From the IMG/VR virus record IMGVR_UViG_3300021319_000003: 64,000 bases of DNA, one strand, 5' to 3'. Shown here piece by piece: positions 35,493-45,232 of this stretch. The position numbers were made by a program, and so were the translations under genes. The first letter of the stretch is position 1. Each line of letters starts with the position of its first letter. The DNA is from a virus (taxonomy: Duplodnaviria > Heunggongvirae > Uroviricota > Caudoviricetes). Below the pieces are notes generated by a model that was not told where the DNA came from, made no database searches, and saw only the letters and a list, made by a program, of their open reading frames with translations.

Positions 35493-35973
35493 TATTGAAG
35501 TTATATTGAAGTAGCTTCAAAACCAACTCTTGCGGGTTGGTTGATGTTCAGATAATCTTATCTGGGCATCAACGGGCCCACAAGGTTCGACTAAAACTAC
35601 ACATAGCTATCCGCAGCTAGGAGCCAGTCGCAGGTGGCTGGCTGCCAAAAGTGGAGTCCTCAGCACGACATAACTGCTGATTTGCTTCCAGGGCCGAAAG
35701 CTGATACTTGACCGTTCAGCCTTAGTAAGCGGGCGCATTGATGTCCGCGCCCATGACCTGTAAGTCAACCTGGAAGTATAATGCCTTGGCCGCTTAATAG
35801 AGAGATAGTGGTTATCACGAGCCGGTGCAATTCCGGGGTAAGGCTTTCTTAATAAAAACAAAATAAAGATATAAGGACATCATATAAGAACACAAGCAGA
35901 GGAAAAGGCTGGTTTATTTCGCATGCCCTTATTCTCTGCTTTTTGTTTTGTGTACACACTAATCAAGAGAGGA

Positions 35974-36378
35974 ATGAAAAAGAAAATGGAAGAGTATAAC
36001 GAATTTGGCGTATACAATGATGTTTATGACGAGATAGAACAAGCGATAAAATCATTGGACAAAGTGATATCTATAAGTGGGGAATTATCCAGCCGGCTTT
36101 CTCAGTTGGACAGACAAGTTAACGACATCCTCCATGAAATCGAAATGGATAATCTGGATGCAGTTGGGCTTGTGCACTGGGCCTCCTTACTTCGCAAAGC
36201 TTTGCGCGAAAGAAGAAAAATAAAGAGAACCCACCAGATGGTTCAGAGCTTGCAGAGCTTAAAAATTCAATCTCACCTTGATAGATGTGTGAAAAATGCC
36301 AAAAAGCGCCCAGAGAAAATGGAATATCATTATCGTGAGATTGAAGTCCCCATCGCAGTGGGTAAGAAAGTCGCTTAA
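35974..36378 (+). CDS. coiled-coil hypothetical protein (start uncertain)
   Basis: ORF with alternative ATGs at 35974 and 35986. Charged, coiled-coil-like sequence. Confidence 0.45.
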   Translation: MKKKMEEYNEFGVYNDVYDEIEQAIKSLDKVISISGELSSRLSQLDRQVNDILHEIEMDNLDAVGLVHWASLLRKALRERRKIKRTHQMVQSLQSLKIQSHLDRCVKNAKKRPEKMEYHYREIEVPIAVGKKVA

Positions 36379-36391
36379 TAACCAAAATGGG

Positions 36392-36420
36392 TTGACGAAA
36401 ACGCATTTTACGTGTATACT
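36392..36420 (+). promoter_or_regulatory. sigma70-like promoter (TTGACG, 17 nt spacer, TATACT)
   Basis: Good -35/-10 spacing upstream of a small membrane-peptide ORF and gene 36660. Confidence 0.5.
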
Positions 36421-36485
36421 CTAATAAGAAAACATGTAAGTAAGTTTCCAAACTTTGAAAGTAAGGAAGGTACACAAAAGTAACT

Positions 36486-36659
36486 ATGTTTTATAATAAA
36501 GAAACCTCAAATCAGGTTAATCGCATATTGCGGGATTTGCTTTTCTGGTTTACTGTTTGGGCGGGTATCCTTTCGCCGATTTTTTCTTATGCAGCAGCAG
36601 TGTTCTGGCCGGCATTGTTTTGTGCGTTTTATGTAGCAATCGAAAAGGAAGAGGAATAA
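36486..36659 (+). CDS. small membrane peptide (57 aa)
   Basis: MFYNKETSNQVNRILRDLLFWFTVWAGILSPIFSYAAAVFWPALFCAFYVAIEKEEE. Sits between the promoter and the next gene. Confidence 0.35.
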   Translation: MFYNKETSNQVNRILRDLLFWFTVWAGILSPIFSYAAAVFWPALFCAFYVAIEKEEE

Positions 36660-37484
36660 ATGAACCAGAAATTTAAAGTTGGAGAAAAGATATACCATGA
36701 CGTATATGGTAACGGCGTCATTAAGGAAATCGTTCCGGACTACACTGGTGACACACGTTACGAAGTAGAGTTTTCCCGCTACCCCCATCAGACGTTAAGT
36801 GTTATGGGGGATAGTTCCCTGCGGCGGGATAATAAATTGACAGACAAGAAAAAAGGAGAGAATGCATCTATGTATTTTGGTAACCAGAATAAGGCAGTAC
36901 AGGAATTCGTTGAAAACCTTGCAAAAGCCGGCGCGAATGAAAAGGATTTTGCAAAAATCTTGGCTGACAAGCTGGGTAACGGCGTCTGTGTCATCGGCGG
37001 TGTTATCGGCGATGACGACGATAAGGAAGAAGAAAAGCAGCCGACGAAAAAGGCAAGCGACAATGAAAAGCATGAGCGTAAACTTACGGTAGACGGCGAC
37101 AATAATGTGGTTGGCGGGGCAATTTTCGGTAACCCTGCAGCGCATACCGATAAAGTTGAGCCTATGTTTTGCGCAGCACCTGTAAGCCGCAAGGCCGAGC
37201 CGGACAATGTTGCCCGTCACCGCAAAATCGTAATGGGGCTTAATGAGCTCTATGCAAAGAAGAATGCTGATTATGGCGACAGCTTCCATGATACATACCT
37301 GGAAGAAGGCATGGCCATGGCCAGAATTCGCCTGTCGGATAAGCTCAGCCGTTTCAAATCCCTGACTAAGTCCGGCCAGCAGAATGTAAAGGACGAAAGC
37401 ATTCGCGACACCCTTTTGGATTTGGCCAACTACGCCATCATGACCGTGCTTGAGCTGGACCGCGAAGGAGCTAAAGTAGGATGA
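36660..37484 (+). CDS. hypothetical protein (274 aa)
   Basis: Long ORF with AAGGAAGAGGAATAAATG ribosome-binding site. Confidence 0.55.
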   Translation: MNQKFKVGEKIYHDVYGNGVIKEIVPDYTGDTRYEVEFSRYPHQTLSVMGDSSLRRDNKLTDKKKGENASMYFGNQNKAVQEFVENLAKAGANEKDFAKILADKLGNGVCVIGGVIGDDDDKEEEKQPTKKASDNEKHERKLTVDGDNNVVGGAIFGNPAAHTDKVEPMFCAAPVSRKAEPDNVARHRKIVMGLNELYAKKNADYGDSFHDTYLEEGMAMARIRLSDKLSRFKSLTKSGQQNVKDESIRDTLLDLANYAIMTVLELDREGAKVG

Positions 37485-37717
37485 ACCTCATAAACAAGCA
37501 GCGGCTCCTGGGGCTCTTGCAGGAATACGCAAAAGAAAAATGCAAGAACCAGTCCGGAGAAGGAGACGGTTGCCCCTTCAACGATGGTGATACCGAAGGC
37601 ATGCATTGGTGTGCCTTCGACACCATTTTCGAACAGCTCGGAGAAGAAACGGGGCAGGGCAATAAAGTCTCGGAAGACTTTGATAACTTTAAAACACAGT
37701 TGGAAAGCAGGGGGTAA
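37481..37717 (+). CDS. hypothetical protein
   Basis: 78-aa ORF overlapping the upstream stop. Confidence 0.5.
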   Translation: MNLINKQRLLGLLQEYAKEKCKNQSGEGDGCPFNDGDTEGMHWCAFDTIFEQLGEETGQGNKVSEDFDNFKTQLESRG

Positions 37718-37719
37718 AA

Positions 37720-38058
37720 ATGGAACCAATTATCAACCCGTGGATTATCTACTGTATCGATGTGATACATAGCCTGTGCGTTGTGTCTGTTCTCGCCATC
37801 GCCGTATCCGTCATAGGTATACTCGTAGTTCTTGGAAACAGTTCACCGACTGTAAGTGAAGATGAGAAAAAAATTGTAAAAGCATTTTTCAAGGTTCTCC
37901 TTGCGTCTGTACTGCTTTTGATTATACTGCCCTCCAAGAACACCATGCTTACTATGTTAGCGCTTCAGTACGTAACGCCTGATAATATTCAGATTGTACA
38001 GGGCAATGTAGTGGATTTTGTAGAACAGGTAGCACAAGCTGTTAAAAGTGTAAAATAA
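37720..38058 (+). CDS. membrane protein (2-3 TM helices)
   Basis: Hydrophobic 112-aa ORF with AGCAGGGGGTAAAAATG ribosome-binding site. Confidence 0.5.
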   Translation: MEPIINPWIIYCIDVIHSLCVVSVLAIAVSVIGILVVLGNSSPTVSEDEKKIVKAFFKVLLASVLLLIILPSKNTMLTMLALQYVTPDNIQIVQGNVVDFVEQVAQAVKSVK

Positions 38059-38081
38059 ATTATAAATGGAGGCACGGATAA

Positions 38082-38837
38082 GTGTTTGATGTCGGAGACA
38101 TTGTTGATGGCCACGCCATTTGCCTGAAAGCGTTGGTAGGTAGCCATAATTATAACTTGAACACACCAAAGTCCGATAAAGACTACAAGTATTTCGTGTG
38201 GCCAACGTTTGAGGACCTTTATCGCAATCAGGAATATCATAAAGAAGTTGTCACCAATACGGAAGATTATACCATCCATGATATTCGCAAGCTTCCGAGT
38301 TTACTTTGGAAAGCGAATCTAAACTTTATTGAAATCCTGTATTCCAGAGAATTGAGCGGCAATTCTACCCTGATTGATTATTTAACAGAGAATAGGGAAA
38401 AGCTGGCAACAATGAATCTGCCTCGCTTATATGCAGCATCGATGGGAACGTCTATTCAAAAGGAAAAGCTGATGTTGATGGACTCGCCCGCTAGGCATGA
38501 GGCAATTCAAACGTATGGATACGACCCTAAGAGCGCCCATCACGCTATACGTGTAGTGGACTTTCTTACGAGGTATTATAAAACTCGATATTTTGCAAGC
38601 GCTTTTTGGTACGAACAAGATAGTATGTGCCGAGATGCATTACTTTGGTTCAAAGAAGGGGAATTTTCACTGAAAACGGTAAAGTTTCATTTGGATAATT
38701 ACCGCAATCACGCAAAGGAAGTGGAATCCTTTTTTGTGGACCAAAAACCAAACCCCCAGCCGCTTGAAGATTTAAATAAATTCATAAAAGCGGCAATACA
38801 CGAAAGAATAATAAACACAAAAAGAGGCGATGCGTAG
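38082..38837 (+). CDS. Pol-beta-type nucleotidyltransferase fold protein
   Basis: GSHNYNLNTPKSDKDYKYFV fits the GS-x(9-13)-[DE]x[DE] nucleotidyltransferase signature. 251 aa. GTG start with GGAGG ribosome-binding site. Confidence 0.55.
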   Translation: MFDVGDIVDGHAICLKALVGSHNYNLNTPKSDKDYKYFVWPTFEDLYRNQEYHKEVVTNTEDYTIHDIRKLPSLLWKANLNFIEILYSRELSGNSTLIDYLTENREKLATMNLPRLYAASMGTSIQKEKLMLMDSPARHEAIQTYGYDPKSAHHAIRVVDFLTRYYKTRYFASAFWYEQDSMCRDALLWFKEGEFSLKTVKFHLDNYRNHAKEVESFFVDQKPNPQPLEDLNKFIKAAIHERIINTKRGDA

Positions 38838-39016
38838 TGAAGTTTGTAGCAAAGAACCCCAAAACAGGTTTGACATTCTCAGCTAGTGCTGAAGATAAAC
38901 AGGATTTCATTTTGACTCTGGTAAAAAGAGCGCCGCATATCGCCGGCTGGTATCCTGATGAAATCAGGGCGTGCGTGGAAGAAGATATGATTGAAGAAGC
39001 GCCCGAACACATATAA
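38837..39016 (+). CDS. small hypothetical protein (59 aa)
   Basis: GTG start overlapping the stop of the nucleotidyltransferase gene. Below the ORF-track cutoff. Confidence 0.35.
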   Translation: MKFVAKNPKTGLTFSASAEDKQDFILTLVKRAPHIAGWYPDEIRACVEEDMIEEAPEHI

Positions 39017-39080
39017 GAAAAAGGGCGTAAACTTAGGAAGCCCTGCAACTTGCAGGGCTTTTTGTTGGAGGACGTAACAC

Positions 39081-39485
39081 ATGGAAAAACATAATGGCGT
39101 AGCCTTGCTTTATTACAAAGAAACGAATTTTTGCCGTATTCAGCCCGTAAATGCTGAGCATACACTGGAGGGGCTTTATAAGCTTCTCGATTGTGAAGCG
39201 GTGGAAGCAGTTCACATGAATATCGCAGGAAAGAACTATACCGTGTATCTTGACGAGGAAGGTAAGTTCAAGGAGCCATGGGCACCGACGGGTGTTCTTT
39301 ACGACAACGCCGGAAACATTGCAGATATTCTGGCTGGTTCGCTTCTTGTCGTTTGTCAGGAATACGATAAAGAAACCTTTGAGGAGCTTTCTGAACAGGA
39401 ATGCGATGCGATTGTTAAGCATTTGCGGAACGGTTTCTCTGTTGCGCAAAAAGAAGTGCAGCGTCTGGCGGAGGAAAAGTTATGA
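39081..39485 (+). CDS. hypothetical protein
   Basis: 134-aa ORF with TGGAGGACGTAACACATG ribosome-binding site. Confidence 0.5.
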   Translation: MEKHNGVALLYYKETNFCRIQPVNAEHTLEGLYKLLDCEAVEAVHMNIAGKNYTVYLDEEGKFKEPWAPTGVLYDNAGNIADILAGSLLVVCQEYDKETFEELSEQECDAIVKHLRNGFSVAQKEVQRLAEEKL

Positions 39486-39931
39486 TTGTAGCCGTAGATT
39501 TCGACGAAACCTTAAGCTTTGGCACGTATCCCGAGGTAAAGCTGTTTTTTCCGGCCATCAATGTTTTGCGCCGGGCCAAGAAGAATGGCCACAAGATTAT
39601 CCTGTGGACGTGCCGACATGACGAAGCATTGGAAAAAGCTGTTAAAGCGTGCCGAGAGGCCGGTCTTGAGTTTGATGCGGTAAATAAAAATGACCCGCAG
39701 CATGCAGCTGAATGGATTGCCCGCACAGGGGATAACCGTTTCAGCCCCAAAGTTTACGCCGATTGCTATATCGATGAGAAAGCATATCCGCGTGGCCAGG
39801 TTAACTGGCGCGAGTGGGATGCCAAGCTTAACGGCGTATATCCGAGTACCTGGGAAAAATTCAAGACCGTATTTATCCTGGGCGGCATCGGCTTTGTAAG
39901 TGGGTGGCTTACCGCTATACTTACAAAATGA
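39482..39931 (+). CDS. HAD-like phosphatase fold protein with C-terminal TM segment
   Basis: N-terminal VAVDFDETL matches HAD motif I (DxDxT). Overlaps the upstream stop. Confidence 0.45.
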   Translation: MIVAVDFDETLSFGTYPEVKLFFPAINVLRRAKKNGHKIILWTCRHDEALEKAVKACREAGLEFDAVNKNDPQHAAEWIARTGDNRFSPKVYADCYIDEKAYPRGQVNWREWDAKLNGVYPSTWEKFKTVFILGGIGFVSGWLTAILTK

Positions 39932-39956
39932 TGCGAACAGCAAAGGAGTGACAAGA

Positions 39957-40187
39957 ATGATAACCATAGATAAAAAAAATGGGGAAGACACACGTAAAAT
40001 TACGATTTGTTTTACGAAAGAAGAAGTAAAAGAAGCAATAACATATTATACCGGCACAGAATACGTGGTGCTGGAAGATGATGTAATGAATCTTGGTTGG
40101 CTTGACGATAGCTACATTGCAGGTAGAGCACCGAACCACAAGGGGAACATCATTATTACGCCTAACAAGTCATGGGCAAAGGAGTGA
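39957..40187 (+). CDS. hypothetical protein
   Basis: 76-aa ORF with AAAGGAGTGACAAGAATG ribosome-binding site. Confidence 0.45.
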   Translation: MITIDKKNGEDTRKITICFTKEEVKEAITYYTGTEYVVLEDDVMNLGWLDDSYIAGRAPNHKGNIIITPNKSWAKE

Positions 40188-40193
40188 AAAAGG

Positions 40194-40562
40194 TTGGATA
40201 ACTTAATATGGGCCGAAACAAATTTGGAAGTGTGCCCTTGCTGTGGAAGTAAACACGTAGAAATCAAAAATGTATCCGTTTATGGGCCCAAAAAACTCTA
40301 CTACATCTGTTGTTCCGTTTGTGGTTTGAGGTCGCGTCATGCAGAAAGAGAAACGATTCGCAGACTGGTCAATGACTGGAATGACCGCAAAGGCGAATAT
40401 GTCAGCAGCGATTTTATGTTATGGCGCAAAGCCAAATATATCGCTTTGTGGCCGGTATTCATGATTCCCATATATGCAATGGCGATGGTAGCTACCATAG
40501 GCAAAGTCTGTGATATAGCTTCAGACAATCTGCTTAAAGCATATAGAGATTTTGTTAAATAA
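40194..40562 (+). CDS. Lar-like zinc-ribbon domain fused to a TM region
   Basis: CPCCGSKHVE...YYICCSVCG...ETIRRLVNDWN resembles the Lar restriction-alleviation zinc ribbon. TTG start. Confidence 0.5.
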   Translation: MDNLIWAETNLEVCPCCGSKHVEIKNVSVYGPKKLYYICCSVCGLRSRHAERETIRRLVNDWNDRKGEYVSSDFMLWRKAKYIALWPVFMIPIYAMAMVATIGKVCDIASDNLLKAYRDFVK

Positions 40563-40574
40563 GGGGGCAAAATT

Positions 40575-40808
40575 ATGAAGGTATACGCATTAGTCGAATG
40601 GAACCACGAAGGCGCATATTTGTGCGGTGTATTCGACACATATACGGAAGCAAGGAAGGCTTTCTTTGAACGCTTAAAGGTTAACGAGTATGACATTAGT
40701 AAAGGCGACCTTCAGGACGGCGATACACTATGCTTCTGTGATGATCCGGGCAACGCTGAATACGAACTTGAGCTTGTTGAGAGAGAAGTTAAACGAGCGG
40801 AGTTTTGA
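40575..40808 (+). CDS. small protein, paralog family A (member 1)
   Basis: KVYALVEWNHEG...GVFDTYTEARKAFFE is homologous to 48387-48623 and 52899-53183. Confidence 0.55.
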   Translation: MKVYALVEWNHEGAYLCGVFDTYTEARKAFFERLKVNEYDISKGDLQDGDTLCFCDDPGNAEYELELVEREVKRAEF

Positions 40809-41074
40809 AAAAGGAGCGTGAAAAAAATATGGCAGAAGAAAATAAAGTCATTATGGTCGATGAAGTCGCAATTTCATATCGTAGCGACGGCACAATCGTG
40901 TATGATACGGATGAGCCAACGGACGATTACGTGGAAGTTGCCCGTAAAATGGCGCGGATAATCCGTGGCGCTATAAATATGAAAGAAGCGCATAGTGGGC
41001 CGATACCAGAACCGGGAGCCCTTGAAGGCGAAATAACAAATGCTTTTATGGGTGTTATTCTGACGGAAAGGTAG
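40805..41074 (+). CDS. hypothetical protein
   Basis: 89-aa ORF overlapping the upstream stop. Confidence 0.5.
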   Translation: MKKEREKNMAEENKVIMVDEVAISYRSDGTIVYDTDEPTDDYVEVARKMARIIRGAINMKEAHSGPIPEPGALEGEITNAFMGVILTER

Positions 41075-41082
41075 GAAGAGGC

Positions 41083-41337
41083 ATGCTTATGGATGTTCAG
41101 AGAGTAACTGTATGGGAACGGGCCAAAACAAAATATGGCCACTACGAGCACAACCATATTGAAAATGGTTGGTCGCGACTGGCAGCGCCTGTTCGTGGTT
41201 ATACGGACAAGCAAGTAGCTGACTGGATGAACTATAGCTGGCGAAAAACTTTCGCATTCCTTATCGATGGACATGTATGTGTCAGTGAGGCCCAGGATTA
41301 TATCCTGCGGGCAGCAGAGAATGGAGAGAAGATATGA
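41083..41337 (+). CDS. hypothetical protein
   Basis: 84-aa ORF with GGAAGAGGCATG ribosome-binding site. Confidence 0.5.
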   Translation: MLMDVQRVTVWERAKTKYGHYEHNHIENGWSRLAAPVRGYTDKQVADWMNYSWRKTFAFLIDGHVCVSEAQDYILRAAENGEKI

Positions 41338-41501
41338 GATACGTTGTAACCTATGAATGCAAGGGCGCAAAAGGCGTAGAAGTTGTTGAAGCAGACAGTA
41401 TCGAAGATGCGGCAGATGTTTTCCAGCATGAGAATCCGCAGCTCGAAAATGTTTTTGTAACCTCTGTAACAAGAGGGTATAAGACTGTCCCGGAGGAGTA
41501 A
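41334..41501 (+). CDS. small hypothetical protein (55 aa)
   Basis: ATG overlaps the upstream stop. Below the ORF-track cutoff. Confidence 0.4.
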   Translation: MRYVVTYECKGAKGVEVVEADSIEDAADVFQHENPQLENVFVTSVTRGYKTVPEE

Positions 41502-41507
41502 ACGCGC

Positions 41508-42044
41508 ATGAATAAATATGGCTGTATCGCGTGTGCAGTATTGCTCTTTCTTGGTGCGTATATTCTTTACCCCAAACATGCTACGATAGAAGTAACCGAT
41601 ATTGGTTGGGAATGTGATGTAAACATTCTGGAGCGGAAAACGGTAGAAGAATCCGACTGGAATGCTCCGCCAGGAGCACGTGTGCATGACGAATGTAGCG
41701 AGATTTTTTCGTACACGTATGTAAATGGCATTTCCATACCAATGTATCAGACAAAACACTACTACAGCATTGAACGTTGGGTAGAAAGCCGGGTTGTAAA
41801 AACTACCGGCAATGACAAGTCGCCATACTATGGCGAAGTAGAACTTGCACCACCTTCGGGAGAATACGGGGTCGGTGAAGAAGCGGAAAAGAATAGAAAA
41901 ACCATACGCACCATTACAGGAAATGTAAACGGTGAATCCAGAGTTCTAATTGTCGACGACGAGTCCTGGTGGCAGGAAATTAATATCGGTGACAGAATTA
42001 GTGGAGACATTACGTTTCTCGACCACTTAAAGAGAGAGGGATAA
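41508..42044 (+). CDS. hypothetical protein with N-terminal TM/signal segment
   Basis: 178-aa ORF with a hydrophobic N-terminus. Confidence 0.5.
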   Translation: MNKYGCIACAVLLFLGAYILYPKHATIEVTDIGWECDVNILERKTVEESDWNAPPGARVHDECSEIFSYTYVNGISIPMYQTKHYYSIERWVESRVVKTTGNDKSPYYGEVELAPPSGEYGVGEEAEKNRKTIRTITGNVNGESRVLIVDDESWWQEINIGDRISGDITFLDHLKREG

Positions 42045-42047
42045 GAA

Positions 42048-42287
42048 ATGGTCAACGAATTTTTTCGTTTTTTCAATGAAATGATTGAACGCGGTTATTA
42101 TATGCACCTGGAAATTGGCTACAACAAGGTTGCAGATTATTGCGTTAGAGTTTACCGCAAAGGTCTCGGAGAAGATGGCAAGGATTTGGAGTTATGCTGG
42201 GCACAGGACAGCGACATGGAGCTGGCTTTCGCAAAGGCTTATGTTGAAATGAAGCAATGGCTTCGCGATAACGAAGGTGGTTATTGA
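42048..42287 (+). CDS. hypothetical protein
   Basis: 79-aa ORF with AGAGAGGGATAAGAAATG ribosome-binding site. Confidence 0.5.
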   Translation: MVNEFFRFFNEMIERGYYMHLEIGYNKVADYCVRVYRKGLGEDGKDLELCWAQDSDMELAFAKAYVEMKQWLRDNEGGY

Positions 42288-42444
42288 TGATAAGGGAAAA
42301 AGAGTTTTGGGAAAAGCTTGGAAATATCCTAGAACGTGACCTTGTATGCAATCTTTGTCCAGCAAACACCATCTGCCTGCAATCTTGTCCGTGCAGCGTA
42401 ACTCTGGAAGAAATGTATGAACGAATCATCAGGGCAGAGGGGGG

Positions 42445-43182
42445 GTGCCGATGTTAACAAAAGATGATGTTACAATGCTGGTTTTCGCTTACCGCTATGC
42501 GATAGGACGCAAAACATATGCGCCGGGATTGGTCTGCGATTATATCACAAGTAAAATCCCTGAAATGAGCGAGCAGCAGATAAAAGAGGTGATTAACGAA
42601 GTCACGAAGACACTGGAGCATGGCGATTATGCTGACAGCATCGCTCTTGATGAGGTCAACAAACTCTTTTGTCGGTTACGCCGTGGCAATATCATGGTCA
42701 GGGATTGGTTTACAGACGTAGATGGCGAGCATGCATGGGCATTGGTAGTCCACAATAACCGTTACTGCTACTGGGGATGCAAAATAAAAGACGTATTCCC
42801 TGATAGTCAGGATTTTTACGATGGCTGTGACCAGGGAAGCAAATTGTTGTTGAACAAAATCCTTCGTGACGGTTTTGACCCGGCTAAGCTCCCGCATATT
42901 GAAGATGCTGACCCGGTTATGCAGCAGTTGTGGAGAAACATCACTGAAAGCGATAACAATATGTGGTTCATTGACGAACCGGCATATAGCAGTGACACAG
43001 AAGAAGATATGGTGTGGGCATATGATTTTGGAATAACCAGAGATGAATATGAACGCCGAATGGATGCTGCTATCAAAAAGTACCATTTGGAAGATGTTAT
43101 CACAAAGTGCGAAGATGAATCCACAATGTATACGTGTTATGGCGACTTGCAAAGTATGTTTTCGGGGCCATTGCACGAATAA
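42445..43182 (+). CDS. hypothetical protein (245 aa)
   Basis: ORF with GAGGGGGGGTGCCGATG ribosome-binding site. Confidence 0.55.
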   Translation: MPMLTKDDVTMLVFAYRYAIGRKTYAPGLVCDYITSKIPEMSEQQIKEVINEVTKTLEHGDYADSIALDEVNKLFCRLRRGNIMVRDWFTDVDGEHAWALVVHNNRYCYWGCKIKDVFPDSQDFYDGCDQGSKLLLNKILRDGFDPAKLPHIEDADPVMQQLWRNITESDNNMWFIDEPAYSSDTEEDMVWAYDFGITRDEYERRMDAAIKKYHLEDVITKCEDESTMYTCYGDLQSMFSGPLHE

Positions 43183-43283
43183 AAAATTAAGTGCAACTAA
43201 GAGTGCTCAAGTGTAATGTTTGAGCACTGCTATGTTTCACTTAAGGTAATTAGATTAGACGAATAGAAGGAGTGACGAATAAT

Positions 43284-43580
43284 ATGCGATGGGTTACATA
43301 TTTTGATGATTTGATGATTGAAGGTGGAGTAGCTGATGTTGTCCTTCATAAAGACAAAGAATCGGCAACAGAATATTTTAAGGCGCATTATAAGGATTAT
43401 TTCCGGTTAAACAATAAGTTGGAAGTTAAACTTCCGATGCGTTACGGGTTTCCGTTTCGCGCATTTTACGGCGTGTCTTTATTGAAATTCAAACGCAGAA
43501 TGATGCAGAGATTCAATATGGACGAGAAAGAATTCAATAAAGAATTAAAAGAGTTGGAGCGGAAGAGCGATGAAGACTGA
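43284..43580 (+). CDS. hypothetical protein
   Basis: Internal ATG with GAAGGAG ribosome-binding site 11 nt upstream. Confidence 0.5.
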   Translation: MRWVTYFDDLMIEGGVADVVLHKDKESATEYFKAHYKDYFRLNNKLEVKLPMRYGFPFRAFYGVSLLKFKRRMMQRFNMDEKEFNKELKELERKSDED

Positions 43581-43811
43581 GGAATGGTTAAATTATTTAG
43601 ATAATTATTTCAAAAATGCACGAGAGATAGAAGCGTGGGAAGAACGGAAAAAGAAAAAAGAAAAAGAGCGTGAGGATAATGACGATTGATTACTGGATTG
43701 AGCTTTTAGCAGACAGGTCTAAAGCTGGGGATATTGGTGAGTATTTTCATCGAGAACAATGCGCAGAACTTTTGGAATTGCTGAATGAATTGAAGCGCAG
43801 GAGGTTGGAAG

Positions 43812-44033
43812 ATGGCATTCAAGAAGGGCGATAGAGTTAAATTTAAGATTGGCGGCGACCAATGGGCTTATATGCAGGAGATGAAAGTTCAGAAGGTCAA
43901 CAACGACGGCACTTATGATGTTGTCGGAAAAAATCCGCATTTGAAGCGACAGTATAAAACAGAATATTGCTGTGCCGTACGTGTAAAAGAATATAATTTG
44001 GAGCGTGTATTAGATGGCGGAAAACAGAATTAA
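43812..44033 (+). CDS. hypothetical protein
   Basis: 73-aa ORF with AGGAGGTTGGAAGATG ribosome-binding site. Confidence 0.5.
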   Translation: MAFKKGDRVKFKIGGDQWAYMQEMKVQKVNNDGTYDVVGKNPHLKRQYKTEYCCAVRVKEYNLERVLDGGKQN

Positions 44034-44292
44034 ATTTAACAATCAAGAAACAAGTATGCTTCTATGTGCAATTCAAGAATATATCGACATTATGTTGGAA
44101 GGTGAGGAAACTCACGATTACACGCTATATATGCTGGATAACGGTCTTGGCTCAGCCATGAGAAAACTTACGAAAGGGCGTAACGGTAATCGCTTATTTA
44201 AAAAGTATCCTTTTCATCGAGAATCGTATCGCTATCCATCGTTTGAGGATTGGAAATTGGCAGGTGGTTCAGATGACAGAGAAAATGACTGA
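44014..44292 (+). CDS. hypothetical protein
   Basis: 92-aa ORF overlapping the upstream gene. Confidence 0.5.
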   Translation: MAENRIKFNNQETSMLLCAIQEYIDIMLEGEETHDYTLYMLDNGLGSAMRKLTKGRNGNRLFKKYPFHRESYRYPSFEDWKLAGGSDDREND

Positions 44293-44473
44293 ACGCGAGC
44301 AGCTTTGTTACGACAAAGGCCGTGCTGACGGCAGGAAAGAATTGGTGCAAAGCATTTGCGATAGTTTAGAAGAAGAATTGTATGACTATGATTCTAAAAA
44401 CGATTATTGTGCAGGTTTTGATGCCGGCCTAGAAAGAGCGTGGAGGCTCATAAGAGCGGAGGTGCGCGAGTAA
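44243..44473 (+). CDS. hypothetical protein
   Basis: 76-aa ORF overlapping the upstream gene. Confidence 0.45.
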   Translation: MRIGNWQVVQMTEKMTEREQLCYDKGRADGRKELVQSICDSLEEELYDYDSKNDYCAGFDAGLERAWRLIRAEVRE

Positions 44474-44654
44474 GATGGCGGAGAACACATGTGGTGACTG
44501 CTTTTGGTTTACCAGGGTAGTCAACATCTATAAATTCAACGAGCATTACTGTAAGCTGCATTACATGCAGGAGGCTCGCCATAAAAAAGAAAAAGCTTGT
44601 GTGGATTTTCAGGAGCGTGTTTTGAATGGCGGAAAGTAAATCGGAGGGTTAACA

Positions 44655-45023
44655 ATGGGAAAGTGTGTGAACTGTGAGCATGCGCTGATTGCAAGGAGCA
44701 GGGTCGTAGAATCGATAAGCGGAACAGAAAGAGTGGTTTCGGATTGGACTATTGATGGCATAGATTGCACGTGTAATCGAAAGACCAGCATCCATGGCGA
44801 AGTAAATTGCTCAGACTACAAGATGACCGAGAAGAATAAAATGGGCGACAAGAAAGCGCCGCATTGGATTAGAAGAGGTTACATTGGAAACGAGCGCACT
44901 ATCGAGATGTTGGTGTGTTCGGCATGCAGAGCCGAGTTTAGCTTTGACTACGAAACAGGCGTTGGTGCGGAAGATTGGAATTTCTGCCCGAACTGCGGTG
45001 CTAAAATGAAACGGGAGGGCTAA
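44655..45023 (+). CDS. zinc-finger protein
   Basis: CVNCEH...CSACRAEF...CPNCGAKM Cys motifs. 122 aa. Confidence 0.5.
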   Translation: MGKCVNCEHALIARSRVVESISGTERVVSDWTIDGIDCTCNRKTSIHGEVNCSDYKMTEKNKMGDKKAPHWIRRGYIGNERTIEMLVCSACRAEFSFDYETGVGAEDWNFCPNCGAKMKREG

Positions 45024-45025
45024 AG

Positions 45026-45232
45026 TTGACAGAGAATAAAATGATTTATTTTTTGGCAGGATACATCTATGCACAAGCCGAACAGCTTGTAAAAGAATTA
45101 TACCCGACACTATCTGACAAAAAACAATTTCGTGCAGAAGTTGATTGTATGCAAAGGCGACTAATCCGCAGTTTGATTAATGAGAAAAAAGAGGTGATTG
45201 CAGAAAATGATTTATATGAGTTATTTTGCTAA
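45026..45232 (+). CDS. hypothetical protein
   Basis: TTG start with GGGAGGG ribosome-binding site. Confidence 0.45.
   Translation: MTENKMIYFLAGYIYAQAEQLVKELYPTLSDKKQFRAEVDCMQRRLIRSLINEKKEVIAENDLYELFC

Noticed and set aside
2874-40685. Other GTTAAC(G) occurrences (2874, 5117, 36118, 39808, 40680) as further hairpin-family copies
   Set aside because: They lie inside coding regions and lack flanking complementary stems. They are coincidental HpaI-type hexamers.
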